In this document: one piece after another, positions 17,155-26,261 of the stretch | How positions within the stretch are numbered: position 1 is the first letter of the stretch | How the letters are laid out: the number at the start of each line of letters is the position of its first letter | Assembly (NCBI GenBank): GCA_031550925.1 | Contig: JAVBOE010000017.1 | Span: 21,384 to 85,383, forward strand | Source: Bacteroidales bacterium | Lineage (GTDB): Bacteria > Bacteroidota > Bacteroidia > Bacteroidales > UBA932 | Direction: 5' to 3' | DNA length: 64,000 nucleotides | Made by a program: the position numbers and the translations under genes | The notes under the pieces: generated by a model | What the model saw: only the letters and a program-made list of their open reading frames with translations | Database searches by the model: none | Told to the model about the DNA's origin: nothing

Positions 17155-19491
17155 ATGTTAAAGATTGCTCGTTTTATCACGTTTATTTTGTGTATGGGCT
17201 ATGGTGTAAATGCTGTGGCGCAAGAAAGGCTTATTGATTATGTAAACCCAATGGTTGGCACTAAAAGTATGGGGCACACGTTTCCGGGTGCTTGTTCGCC
17301 TTTTGGGTTGGTGCAGCTGAGCCCCGATACCGAAATGATACCACATAATATTGATGGAAAATATCAGCCTGAGGCTTATAGGTATTGTGCCGGATATCAG
17401 TATGGTGACAAAACGATAGTTGGCTTTAGCCACACTCATTTCAACGGTACGGGTCACTCCGATTTAGGCGATATTTTGATGGTTCCGACAACAGGCGAAG
17501 TTCAGCTGAAAATGGGTACGGTAGAAAATCCTGAAAACGGCTATCGTTCTCGTTTTAACCATGATAACGAGCATGCAGAGTTAGGTTACTATTCTGTTCT
17601 TTTAGATGATTATAATATTAAGGCTGAGCTCACGGCTACCGAGCGTACAGGTGTACATCGTTATACATACCCAAAAGGAGAGGGGCATATTATTCTTGAT
17701 TTGGCGTATGGAATTTATAGCTATGACGGAAAGGTGTTGATGGCAAACTTACGTGTTGAGGATGAATATACGCTTACAGGATATCGTATAACACAGGGGT
17801 GGTCGCGTATGAATTACGTTCATTTCGCTATTAAATTTTCAAAACCGATTAAGAATTATGGTTGCGAGAATGACGATAAACCAAAGTATATCGGGTGGTG
17901 GAGAAAGTTTGATATACAGAATAGCTTTCCGGAAATGTTTGGCAAGAAGCTTACAGCCTTTTTCACTTTTGATTTTGAAGATGGACAACCTCTTGAGGTT
18001 AAAGTGGCTTTATCGCCTGTTGATGCTTTAAGCGCGCTGAATAATATGGAGGTTGAAACATCCGGTAAAAACTTCGACCAGATAAAGCAAGATGCACAAA
18101 ACAAGTGGGAGAAGGAACTGAGCGTAATTCGTATAAAAGCAGATGAGGAACGCAAAAAAGTTTTCTATACTGCGTTGTATCGCACTATGATAAATCCATC
18201 CGTTTATCAGGATGTTGACGGACGTTATAGAGGGATTGACCACAGCATACATCAAGCCGATAAAGGAAGCATAAACTACACTATCTTTTCAGTTTGGGAT
18301 ACCTATCGGGCACAGCATCCGCTAATGAATGTCATAAAAAGAGACTATAGCAAACAGTTTGTCAATTCAATGCTAAACCATTATAAACAGAGTCCGCATG
18401 GCGCGCTTCCGGTATGGGCGCACATGGGAAATGAAAATTGGTGTATGATAGGATACCATTCGGTTTCAGTCATTTCTGATGCTATTGCTAAAGGCATTGA
18501 TATCGACAAAGAGCTGGCGTTAAAAGCATGTATTAGCAGCGCTAACGTTTCATACTACGATGGTATAAAAGAGTATAAGGAGTATGGCTATTTGCCAATG
18601 GAATTCAATAGTTCGTCAGCATCAATAACGTTAGAGTATGCGTATGATGATTGGACAATTGCAGCCTTGGCTCAACGTATGGGAAAAGCATCGGTAACAG
18701 ATGAATACAGCAAACGAGCATATAGCTATAAAAATATTTTTGATCCGAGCATTCAGTTTGCACGTCCTAAAGATAAGACAGGAGAGTTTAAAGAGCCTTT
18801 TGATGTGTTGGATACGCATAACCAAGGATTTATTGAGGGCAACTCGTGGAACTACTCATTCTATGTACCACATGATGTTAATGGTTTAATAGCATTGATG
18901 GGCGGTAAAGAACGTTTTGTGCAGCGGTTGGATTCGCTATTCACAATGACACTTCCTGCCAAATATTTCGAAAACACCGAAGATATTAACGAGGAAGGCA
19001 TTATGGGTAACTATGTGCATGGTAACGAACCCAGCCATCATGTTGCCTATCTTTATGCATGGACAGACGAGCCTTGGAAAGCGCAATACCGCTTACATGA
19101 GATAATGAGCAAGATGTATAAAAACAAACCCGATGGACTTTGTGGTAACGATGATTGTGGGCAGATGTCGGCATGGTATATCTTTTCGTCAATGGGTTTT
19201 TACCCTGTTTGTCCGGGGACGGATCAATACGTATTGGGGTCTCCCAATTCACAAGAAGCTGTTATAAATCTTGAAAATGGCAAAACATTTAAAATATTGG
19301 CACCAAAGCTTACCAATAAAAACGTATATGTAAAATCGGTTAAGCTGAATGGTGCGGACTACACCAAAGCATACATAACACATGCCGATATTATGAACGG
19401 AGGAGAGCTGTTCTTCGAGATGTCTGACAAGCCTAATAAAAAACGGACATTTGCTGATGATGAGAAGCCTTACTCATTAAGCAATAGATAG
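17155..19491 (+). CDS. GH92 family alpha-mannosidase (secreted)
   Basis: 778 aa with a signal peptide. Family-typical blocks GFSHTHFNGTG, GNEPSHH, CGNDDCGQMSAWY. Confidence 0.9.
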   Translation: MLKIARFITFILCMGYGVNAVAQERLIDYVNPMVGTKSMGHTFPGACSPFGLVQLSPDTEMIPHNIDGKYQPEAYRYCAGYQYGDKTIVGFSHTHFNGTGHSDLGDILMVPTTGEVQLKMGTVENPENGYRSRFNHDNEHAELGYYSVLLDDYNIKAELTATERTGVHRYTYPKGEGHIILDLAYGIYSYDGKVLMANLRVEDEYTLTGYRITQGWSRMNYVHFAIKFSKPIKNYGCENDDKPKYIGWWRKFDIQNSFPEMFGKKLTAFFTFDFEDGQPLEVKVALSPVDALSALNNMEVETSGKNFDQIKQDAQNKWEKELSVIRIKADEERKKVFYTALYRTMINPSVYQDVDGRYRGIDHSIHQADKGSINYTIFSVWDTYRAQHPLMNVIKRDYSKQFVNSMLNHYKQSPHGALPVWAHMGNENWCMIGYHSVSVISDAIAKGIDIDKELALKACISSANVSYYDGIKEYKEYGYLPMEFNSSSASITLEYAYDDWTIAALAQRMGKASVTDEYSKRAYSYKNIFDPSIQFARPKDKTGEFKEPFDVLDTHNQGFIEGNSWNYSFYVPHDVNGLIALMGGKERFVQRLDSLFTMTLPAKYFENTEDINEEGIMGNYVHGNEPSHHVAYLYAWTDEPWKAQYRLHEIMSKMYKNKPDGLCGNDDCGQMSAWYIFSSMGFYPVCPGTDQYVLGSPNSQEAVINLENGKTFKILAPKLTNKNVYVKSVKLNGADYTKAYITHADIMNGGELFFEMSDKPNKKRTFADDEKPYSLSNR

Positions 19492-19495
19492 AAAA

Positions 19496-19534
19496 AGAGA
19501 AGCGATTACAAAACCTTGTAATCACTTCTCTTTT
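19496..19534. terminator. Bidirectional intrinsic terminator (GH92 gene / tRNA-Pro)
   Basis: 16-bp stem agagaagcgattacaa/ttgtaatcacttctct (15/16 paired), 4-nt loop, T-runs on both strands. Confidence 0.75.
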
Positions 19535-19535
19535 G

Positions 19536-19609
19536 TCGGGGTACCAGGACTCGAACCTGGGACCCCCTGCTCCCAAAGCAGGTGCGCTAGCCAACTGCGC
19601 CACACCCCG
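19536..19609 (-). tRNA. tRNA-Pro (anticodon UGG)
   Basis: Hand-folded cloverleaf: acceptor CGGGGTG/TACCCCG, D arm GCGC-AGTTGGCTA-GCGC, anticodon loop TTTGGGA, T arm CCAGG-TTCGAGT-CCTGG. No encoded CCA. Confidence 0.9.
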
Positions 19610-19647
19610 ATAATCGTAAAAATGGTAGGCTTTCCATTTTCGAGGAG

Positions 19648-19655
19648 CAAAGGTA
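19648..19655 (-). promoter_or_regulatory. -7 box TACCTTTG upstream of tRNA-Pro(UGG)
   Basis: Perfect TAnnTTTG on the minus strand. It has the same tACCTTTGCT context as the other tRNA-Pro promoter. Confidence 0.5.
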
Positions 19656-19677
19656 TAAAAAATCCGGATATACCAAG

Positions 19678-20835
19678 CTATTTTTCTAAATCGGATATGG
19701 GAATTGTTTTCCGAATCACCTCATTTGCCTGTTTATCATTGATTATCACGTAGAAATTTTCTTTATCGCTCATGCAGTAAAAATCGATATAGCTGATATT
19801 CGCGGTATGAATTTTCCACCGCTTACGAACAATACCATCTCTGGTTACGTAGGCTACAAATAAGCTTTCGCCGGAGCTAAACGTAGAGATAAATCCTTTA
19901 GCAATAGGTATGCTAGTATGCTTATATACAGCCAAATCTTCTGCTATAGGTAGCTGTTTAATTTGCTTGTAGTCCGCGTCGAGAATTTTTACGCAAAAAG
20001 TATTCTCGTTTTTTATAATCAAGGCCAGCCTGTTGTCTATATCCAGCAGCTCAATTGAGTTGGGAATATCCTTGCTTAGTAAAGAGCCGTCTCCTTGATT
20101 TATAATAGGTATATGCCTGTTTACGGTAAAATTTCCGTTGAACTCTGTTAGAATAAATAGCCCGTTAGCTTCGTTATTTTCTTTTGCAATAGGGTGCGTG
20201 CCGGATACCTCAGTACATACTATTTGCTTGCCGTTGAAAGCTGTAGCGGTATAAGCCTTTACTAAACCAAAATTTTGAGCTAAACCTTCGGGGTACTCAA
20301 ATAAAGAGATTGGAGGGATTGCCCACACGCCCTTGTCTGTAAGGTAGCCGTAAAACAGCTTATTGTCCATATAGGCATATCCGGCTAACGATAGTATGAG
20401 CCAATGGTTATTAAAGAAGTGAAAATGAGGCAGCGATAAACCTATAGACTCTTCGCCCATGCCCTTCAGCTTATCGCCCATAAAATCTGTTATTACACCA
20501 TCTTGTAGCTTAGAGAAAACGAAGCGATTCATCAAAACATCATAAAACGCTAAGCTATGGCCTGCAAAGTTAAAAAGATGAGGCTTATAAAAAATTTCGG
20601 GTTTATACTTCTCAATGCTATCGATAGATGCTCTGTACAACCAAAGTTCTTTTCTGCTTGTTTGAGAGCTAATTAACATTAGCGTATCGCCATGTGCCTC
20701 TAAAAGCTCGTTACTTTTTGATGGAAAAAGAATTTTTTCTGGAGCATTGTACGATGCGATATTTTGAGCATTGTTGGCGCTTATAATAGCAAGCGAAGAA
20801 GCAGCAACCAAAAATACTTTTTTCAAAAGATTCAT
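19678..20835 (-). CDS. Secreted hypothetical protein (no recognisable domain)
   Basis: 385-aa ORF with signal peptide MNLLKKVFLVAASSLAIISANNAQ. No motif I can assign. Confidence 0.6.
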   Translation of the reverse strand: MNLLKKVFLVAASSLAIISANNAQNIASYNAPEKILFPSKSNELLEAHGDTLMLISSQTSRKELWLYRASIDSIEKYKPEIFYKPHLFNFAGHSLAFYDVLMNRFVFSKLQDGVITDFMGDKLKGMGEESIGLSLPHFHFFNNHWLILSLAGYAYMDNKLFYGYLTDKGVWAIPPISLFEYPEGLAQNFGLVKAYTATAFNGKQIVCTEVSGTHPIAKENNEANGLFILTEFNGNFTVNRHIPIINQGDGSLLSKDIPNSIELLDIDNRLALIIKNENTFCVKILDADYKQIKQLPIAEDLAVYKHTSIPIAKGFISTFSSGESLFVAYVTRDGIVRKRWKIHTANISYIDFYCMSDKENFYVIINDKQANEVIRKTIPISDLEK

Positions 20836-20914
20836 ATTACTAGGCTTTTAAAGTTTGCGACAAAGTTCGGTAATTTTTGTACACGGACAAATTGTTGTGA
20901 TTATGATTTATTTT

Positions 20915-20922
20915 TACCTTTG
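20915..20922 (+). promoter_or_regulatory. -7 box TACCTTTG upstream of tRNA-Pro(CGG)
   Basis: Perfect TAnnTTTG, 16 nt before the tRNA 5' end. A GTTG lies 17 nt upstream. Confidence 0.55.
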
Positions 20923-20937
20923 CTGTTCAAAATTAAT

Positions 20938-21011
20938 CGGGGTGTAGCGCAGTTGGCTAGCGCGCCACGTTCGGGACGTGGAGGCCGAAGGTTCGAGTCC
21001 TTTCACCCCGA
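20938..21011 (+). tRNA. tRNA-Pro (anticodon CGG)
   Basis: Hand-folded cloverleaf: acceptor CGGGGTG/CACCCCG, anticodon stem CCACG/CGTGG with loop TTCGGGA, T loop TTCGAGT. Confidence 0.9.
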
Positions 21012-21206
21012 CTAATATTCTGAACGACAGATTCTCAGAAAGTTATCTTGTTGTTTTTTTGCCAAGATACACTTTAGATACAATTAAAAATATCCTACGT
21101 GTTTAACGGCTTTTTCCAGCGGAATTTTTTTTATAGTGAAGAGGTTAAATTTTTTAGACAACCTCTCCCTATAAATTTTATACCTTGCGGTTAAAATCTT
21201 TTACTT

Positions 21207-22484
21207 ATGCCTAGCGAAGAGTTTTTGCAGTTTATCTGGAAGTTTGGCCTTTTTGATAAGGAAAATCTTTTTACCGTTGATGGACGAAAAGTAGAGGTTG
21301 TCTCCCTAGGCATACACAACAGCGATGCAGGTCCTGATTTTTTGAATACAAGGCTAAAAATTGACGATACCTTGTGGGCAGGAAATGTTGAGGTACACAA
21401 GCAATCTTCTGATTGGAACAAGCATAAGCACAGCTCCGATAAGGCCTATAACAATGTAATACTTCACGTTGTTGGGCGGTATGATACACCTACCATACAA
21501 GAGAATGGTGCTATTGTTCCAATAGTTGAGCTGCCATATTCTCTAAGTTTAGAGCAGAAGTATATAGAGTTGGTTGGCTCAAAGCCAATAACAGCATGTC
21601 GTCCATTCATCTCATCAATCGAGCCGTTTCCGCTTAAAAGTTTTTTGAGCAGGGTATTGGTAGAACGGTTGGAGATGAAATCTGAGCGTTTGGTAGCCAT
21701 ACTCAACCAAACAAATAACGATTGGACAGAGGTTTTTTATCGCACGCTGTTTCGTTCGTTTGGGTTTAGCATAAATGCTATTCCGTTCGAAATGCTTGCG
21801 CAGCAAACACCCTTGCTGAGTATTGCCAAGCATCGTAGTTCATTAGTTCAGCTGGAGGCTTTGCTGTTTGGGCAGGCAGGTTTCTTAGATACAAAGCCCG
21901 TAGATGATTATCACGCCAAGCTGAAAGAAGAATACGCCTTTCTTCAGAATAAGTTTAAGCTGAAGCCAATAGAAAAACATTTGTGGAAATTTCTGCGTCT
22001 CCGTCCAAGTAATTTTCCTACCATTCGTATAGCTCAGCTGGCATATTTGATGCACTATTCAAGCCATATAGTAGATAGCATAATCTCGTATAAAAATATC
22101 GACGATTACTTCAACCTGTTTGATATAAAGACTTCGGAGTATTGGGAAACACACTACGGTTTTGGCGTAGAGTCTAAGCAAAAGGTAAAGCAGCTGGGAA
22201 AGCAATCTATAGAACGAATTATTTCTAACGCAGTAGTTCCTTTCATCTTTACATACGGGAGGATGAGAGCTAATGAAGAGCTGCAAGATAAAGCATTGAC
22301 ACTATTAGAGTCATTAACTCCCGAGAGCAATGCGATTATTGAAGAATGGGCAGCTGCCGGAATTAAGGCAGAAAATGCATTCTTTAGTCAAGCTTTGTTG
22401 CAGCTAAAACAATCTTACTGCGATAAGCAAAAGTGCCTCTCATGCTTTATTGGCAGCCGGATGTTTATAGAAAAGACACCTTAA
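21207..22484 (+). CDS. DUF2851 family protein
   Basis: 425 aa. The N-terminus MPSEEFLQFIWKFGLF and the C-terminal CxxC (KQKCLSC) are as I remember for Bacteroidetes DUF2851. Function unknown. Confidence 0.65.
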   Translation: MPSEEFLQFIWKFGLFDKENLFTVDGRKVEVVSLGIHNSDAGPDFLNTRLKIDDTLWAGNVEVHKQSSDWNKHKHSSDKAYNNVILHVVGRYDTPTIQENGAIVPIVELPYSLSLEQKYIELVGSKPITACRPFISSIEPFPLKSFLSRVLVERLEMKSERLVAILNQTNNDWTEVFYRTLFRSFGFSINAIPFEMLAQQTPLLSIAKHRSSLVQLEALLFGQAGFLDTKPVDDYHAKLKEEYAFLQNKFKLKPIEKHLWKFLRLRPSNFPTIRIAQLAYLMHYSSHIVDSIISYKNIDDYFNLFDIKTSEYWETHYGFGVESKQKVKQLGKQSIERIISNAVVPFIFTYGRMRANEELQDKALTLLESLTPESNAIIEEWAAAGIKAENAFFSQALLQLKQSYCDKQKCLSCFIGSRMFIEKTP

Positions 22485-22486
22485 TT

Positions 22487-22577
22487 ACAATGTGTTAATG
22501 TGCTAATATGAGAAGGTGAGAATGAAAAGATGCACTAGCGGGTAGTATGACACAGAGAAAAATGTTTCTGCATGTTG
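22487..22577 (+). repeat. Upstream flank module of family-A repeat (copy 1), direct repeat of 26643-26729
   Basis: acaatGtgttaatgtgctaatatgaGaaGgtgagaatgaaaa matches 26643 onward at about 39/42 positions. Looser homology continues up to the palindrome. Confidence 0.7.
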
Positions 22578-22645
22578 CCCCTAAATCCCCTAAAGGGGAC
22601 TTTAAACCAGCGCCTCCGGAAAGTCCCCTTTAGGGGATTTAGGGG
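22578..22645. repeat. Family-A palindromic element, copy 1 (about 25-bp arms cccctaaatcccctaaaggggactt / aagtcccctttaggggatttagggg)
   Basis: Perfect inverted arms around the loop taaaccagcgcctccgga. The palindrome extends outward as ctgcatgttg...taacatgcag (22568-22655). Confidence 0.9.
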
Positions 22646-22702
22646 TAACATGCAGTACGCTGAATGAGGAAATACCCTAAGTCGCTGTACTCTCTTTTTC
22701 GC

Positions 22703-22710
22703 TATCTTTG
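22703..22710 (+). promoter_or_regulatory. -7 box TATCTTTG upstream of first NamZ-like gene
   Basis: Perfect TAnnTTTG, 43 nt upstream of the ATG at 22753. Confidence 0.45.
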
Positions 22711-22752
22711 TTTTTACAATAAGAGGAATGTTTCACTAATAACTATACTGCT

Positions 22753-23949
22753 ATGAAAAAATTTTTACTTGGGTTAACCATGTTAGGTTGCGTTGTGGGT
22801 ATGAGCTGCAAAGGAAAAACCCCGAACGCTGCAACCGATGAGTCCACTAAAATTATTACGGGTGCTGAGCAGCTAGACCAATATCTGCCTTTACTCGAAG
22901 GTAAAAAGGTTGGTATGATGGGCAACCAAACCTCAGAAATTGATGGTAAGCATTTGGTTGATGTCCTTTTGGAGAAAGGTGTTGATTTAAAGTTTGCCTT
23001 TGCTCCGGAGCATGGTTTCCGTGGCGATATTGAAAGAGGAGAGAAAGTAGATAACGATTTCGATAAGCAAACAGGTCTTCCGCTTTATTCTTTGTATGGA
23101 AAGCATGGCAATAACCCCGATTCGATTGTAGCATCAGTTGATATTATGATTTTTGATATACAAGATGTAGGTGCCCGCTTTTATACATATACTGCCTCAA
23201 TGCACCGTTTAATGCAGCTTTGCGCCAATACCAACAAGCCGTTAATAATACTCGATCGTCCTAACCCCAACGGCGATCAGGTGGACGGACCTGTTCGTAA
23301 AGACGATAAGTTCAAGTCGGGCATTAGCTATCATAAGGTTGCCATGATTCACGGATTAACTACCGGAGAATTGGCTCAAATGATTAACGGAGAAGGCTGG
23401 CTTGATAATGGCGCACAATGCGATATAACCATTATTCCTGTTAAAAATTATACGCATAAAATGCAGTACAAGCTACCGGTTGTTCCTTCGCCCAGCTTAC
23501 CAACTCAGCTATCAATTCGCTTATACATGTCGCTTTGCCTATTTGAGGGAACAACCATTAACGAAGGTCGCGGAACCGACTTCCCATTTGAAGTATATGG
23601 ATATCCCGATCCTTCGTTTGGTGATTTCACGTTTACACCCGGAGGTCGTCCTGGCGTAAGCGCACATGTTACACAACAAGGTAAGCTATGCTATGGTGTG
23701 GATTTACGTGGTTTAAATCCAGCAGAAGCAAAATTTACATTGAAGTATGTGCTTGATGCATACCACAAAGTTCCCAATGATTTCTTTTCTCGTCCCGAGT
23801 TCTTTGATAAGCTTGCCGGTACAGATAAGCTGCGCGAGCAGATGATTGCAGGTCTGACAGAAGAACAGATTCGCGACAGCTGGAAAGAAGAGCTTACCGA
23901 GTACAAGGCTATGCGTAAAAAATATTTGTTGTACGAAGATTTTGAATAG
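22753..23949 (+). CDS. DUF1343 / NamZ-family (exo-beta-N-acetylmuramidase-like) lipoprotein, paralog 1
   Basis: Lipobox VGMSC. Family blocks MGNQTS, APEHGFRG, FDIQDVGARFYTY, LDRPNPNG. Confidence 0.8.
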   Translation: MKKFLLGLTMLGCVVGMSCKGKTPNAATDESTKIITGAEQLDQYLPLLEGKKVGMMGNQTSEIDGKHLVDVLLEKGVDLKFAFAPEHGFRGDIERGEKVDNDFDKQTGLPLYSLYGKHGNNPDSIVASVDIMIFDIQDVGARFYTYTASMHRLMQLCANTNKPLIILDRPNPNGDQVDGPVRKDDKFKSGISYHKVAMIHGLTTGELAQMINGEGWLDNGAQCDITIIPVKNYTHKMQYKLPVVPSPSLPTQLSIRLYMSLCLFEGTTINEGRGTDFPFEVYGYPDPSFGDFTFTPGGRPGVSAHVTQQGKLCYGVDLRGLNPAEAKFTLKYVLDAYHKVPNDFFSRPEFFDKLAGTDKLREQMIAGLTEEQIRDSWKEELTEYKAMRKKYLLYEDFE

Positions 23950-24074
23950 AACAAAGATTACGTGTTAATGGTTAATCGTTAGCTGAAAAGAAGTAAGTAA
24001 TTTGATGGTTCAAATTTTTGAATTACTTATATCTTTAAATTAGTTCAAACTTTTGTTTAATACATCGCTGAGAA

Positions 24075-24848
24075 ATGAAGGGACGTGAAGACATGCAGCT
24101 GGCTGTACTTATTGATGCGGATAACGTAACCTACTCTAACATCAAAGGTATGCTGGAGGAGATTGCGAAAATAGGAAACCCGACAATAAAGAGAATCTAC
24201 GGAGATTGGACTAAGCCAGCGGTTTCGGGCTGGAAGCAGCCTTTGTTGGAGAATGCAATAACTCCTATTCAACAGTACAGCTACACTACCGGGAAAAACG
24301 CAACAGATTCTGCCATGATTATTGATGCCATGGATATTCTGCATAGTCGGCAGGTAGATGGCTTTTGCTTAGTTTCCAGCGACAGCGATTTTACCCGCTT
24401 AGCTATTAGGCTGAGGGAGGCAGGCATGCTGGTAATTGGTATCGGCGAAAGAAAAACACCTCAACCGTTTATTGTTGCTTGCGATAAGTTTATTTACCTC
24501 GAGATAATAGGAAGGGCTGATGATGCAGAAGATGCTGATAAAAGTGTTCGTTCGACTGATACAAAATCAAAAGAAGGCCCAACCGTACATTTCGAGAAGA
24601 TAGACAAGAAGCTCATTAAATTGCTAAAAACCTCGGTCGAAGATTTAGCCGACGATAATGGTTGGGCTTTTCTTGGAGATGTTGGTAACCTTATCAGCAA
24701 AAAGAAACCCGACTTTGATTCGCGTAACTATGGCTTCCCTAAGCTTACACCGTTGTTTAAATCCCTGAAAAAAGATTTTGAAATAGACGAAAGGGATACC
24801 GGCGGAGGTGGTCAGATAAGACATATTTATGTTAGAGTAAAAAAATAA
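24075..24848 (+). CDS. NYN (LabA-like) nuclease domain protein with C-terminal OST-HTH/LOTUS domain
   Basis: N-terminal LAVLIDADNV...RIYGDW...VSSDSDF (NYN acidic residues). C-terminal GWAFLGDVGNLISKKKPDFDSRNYGFPKLTPLF (LOTUS-like). An alternative ATG is at 24093. Confidence 0.75.
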   Translation: MKGREDMQLAVLIDADNVTYSNIKGMLEEIAKIGNPTIKRIYGDWTKPAVSGWKQPLLENAITPIQQYSYTTGKNATDSAMIIDAMDILHSRQVDGFCLVSSDSDFTRLAIRLREAGMLVIGIGERKTPQPFIVACDKFIYLEIIGRADDAEDADKSVRSTDTKSKEGPTVHFEKIDKKLIKLLKTSVEDLADDNGWAFLGDVGNLISKKKPDFDSRNYGFPKLTPLFKSLKKDFEIDERDTGGGGQIRHIYVRVKK

Positions 24849-24852
24849 ACAG

Positions 24853-26055
24853 ATGAAAAAGCTTATACCAATAGCATTAGTGCTGCTTTTCTTTGTTACA
24901 GGTTGCAAAGAAAAGAAAACCGAAGTAGCCGCACCCGCAATTATGACAGGTGCCGAGCAGCTGGACGAATATCTGCCTTTGCTGGAAGGCAAGACGGTAG
25001 GTGTTCTGGGTAACCAGACATCTGTTGTTGGCGATCAACATTTGGTAGATGTATTGCTAGAGAAAGGCGTAGATATTAAGTTTGTCTTTGCCCCCGAGCA
25101 TGGCTTTAGAGGCTCTGTTACCGGCGGTATTGAGATTAACAATGAGCTGGACGAAAAAACAGGATTACCCATTTATTCAGTGTACGGAACGCATGCAGCT
25201 GATGCTAAAAATGCTACAACCGACTCCCTAGTTGCTTCGGTAGATGTAATGCTGTTTGATTTGCAGGACGTGGGTGCGCGCTTTTACACCTACATTACAT
25301 CGTTGCATCAGCTTATGCAGCTATGTGCCGATAATAATACGCAGCTGATGATACTGGATCGCCCTAACCCCAACGGTGATCAGGTGGACGGACCTGTTCG
25401 TAAAAGCGATGACTTTAAGTCGGATGTCAGCTACCACAAGATCGCAATGGTGCATGGATTAACCGTTGGAGAGCTGGCACAAATGATTAACGGCGAGGGT
25501 TGGCTGAACAATGGTACTCCCTGCAAGCTTCATGTTGTTAAGGTGAAGAACTACACGCATAAGTCTATGTATGAGATACCAACAATTCCATCGCCCAGCT
25601 TGCCCAACCACTTGTCGATTCGTCTATATCCGTCGCTATGTTTGTTTGAGGCGACACCTGTAAGCGTTGCGCGTGGTACGGATTTCCCGTTTCAGGCAAT
25701 AGGATATCCCGATGAAACAATGGGCGAATTTACGTTTACACCCGAATCTAGAGAAGGGATGACTACTCCCTTACAGAACGGAAAGCTTTGCTATGGCATA
25801 GACTTACGCAACATAAATGCCGATAGCGTAAAGTTCTCGCTTAAGTATATCCTCGACTTTTACCAAAAATCACAAGGTAAATTCGAGTTCTTTTCTCGTG
25901 CTAAACGCTTCGATCAGCTTGCCGGAACAGATCAGCTGCAAGAGCAAATTAAAGCCGGATGGACGGAAGAACAAATCCGTGATAGCTGGAAAGACGACCT
26001 TGTGGCATATAAGCAAATGCGTAAGAAATACCTGCTATACGAGGACTTTGAGTAG
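24853..26055 (+). CDS. DUF1343 / NamZ-family lipoprotein, paralog 2
   Basis: Lipobox FVTGC. It has the same blocks as paralog 1 (GNQTS, APEHGFRG, FDLQDVGARFYTY, LDRPNPNG). It starts 4 nt after the NYN gene stop. Confidence 0.8.
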   Translation: MKKLIPIALVLLFFVTGCKEKKTEVAAPAIMTGAEQLDEYLPLLEGKTVGVLGNQTSVVGDQHLVDVLLEKGVDIKFVFAPEHGFRGSVTGGIEINNELDEKTGLPIYSVYGTHAADAKNATTDSLVASVDVMLFDLQDVGARFYTYITSLHQLMQLCADNNTQLMILDRPNPNGDQVDGPVRKSDDFKSDVSYHKIAMVHGLTVGELAQMINGEGWLNNGTPCKLHVVKVKNYTHKSMYEIPTIPSPSLPNHLSIRLYPSLCLFEATPVSVARGTDFPFQAIGYPDETMGEFTFTPESREGMTTPLQNGKLCYGIDLRNINADSVKFSLKYILDFYQKSQGKFEFFSRAKRFDQLAGTDQLQEQIKAGWTEEQIRDSWKDDLVAYKQMRKKYLLYEDFE

Positions 26056-26199
26056 CGTTATATAGATTTTAAGACTTAAGGATTTCAAGACTTAAAGACT
26101 TTTTATTGATAATCAAAATATTGTCTTTCTTGTAGCTGCAGCTATGTGTTAGGCTTTATATAATCTTTTCAAAGAACGATACAATCAGACTAAATTTAT

Positions 26200-26236
26200 C
26201 AAGGGTGGGTGCGTTTACCTACCCTTGTTTTGTTTA
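26200..26236 (+). terminator. Intrinsic terminator-like hairpin downstream of NamZ paralog 2
   Basis: Stem caagggtgggt/acctacccttg (10/11 paired), 6-nt loop, followed by ttttgtttagttttt. Confidence 0.5.
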
Positions 26237-26261
26237 GTTTTTGTTTAGTTTATTCTATATA

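Noticed and set aside
19536-21011. Integrated mobile element or prophage remnant at the tRNA-Pro genes
   Set aside because: No integrase, excisionase or phage genes are present. There is no direct repeat of a tRNA 3' end. The segment holds a single ORF.
24075-24848. NYN nuclease as the toxin of a toxin-antitoxin pair
   Set aside because: There is no small partner ORF upstream or downstream. The LOTUS fusion and 257-aa size fit LabA-like RNA-binding proteins rather than PIN/NYN toxins.
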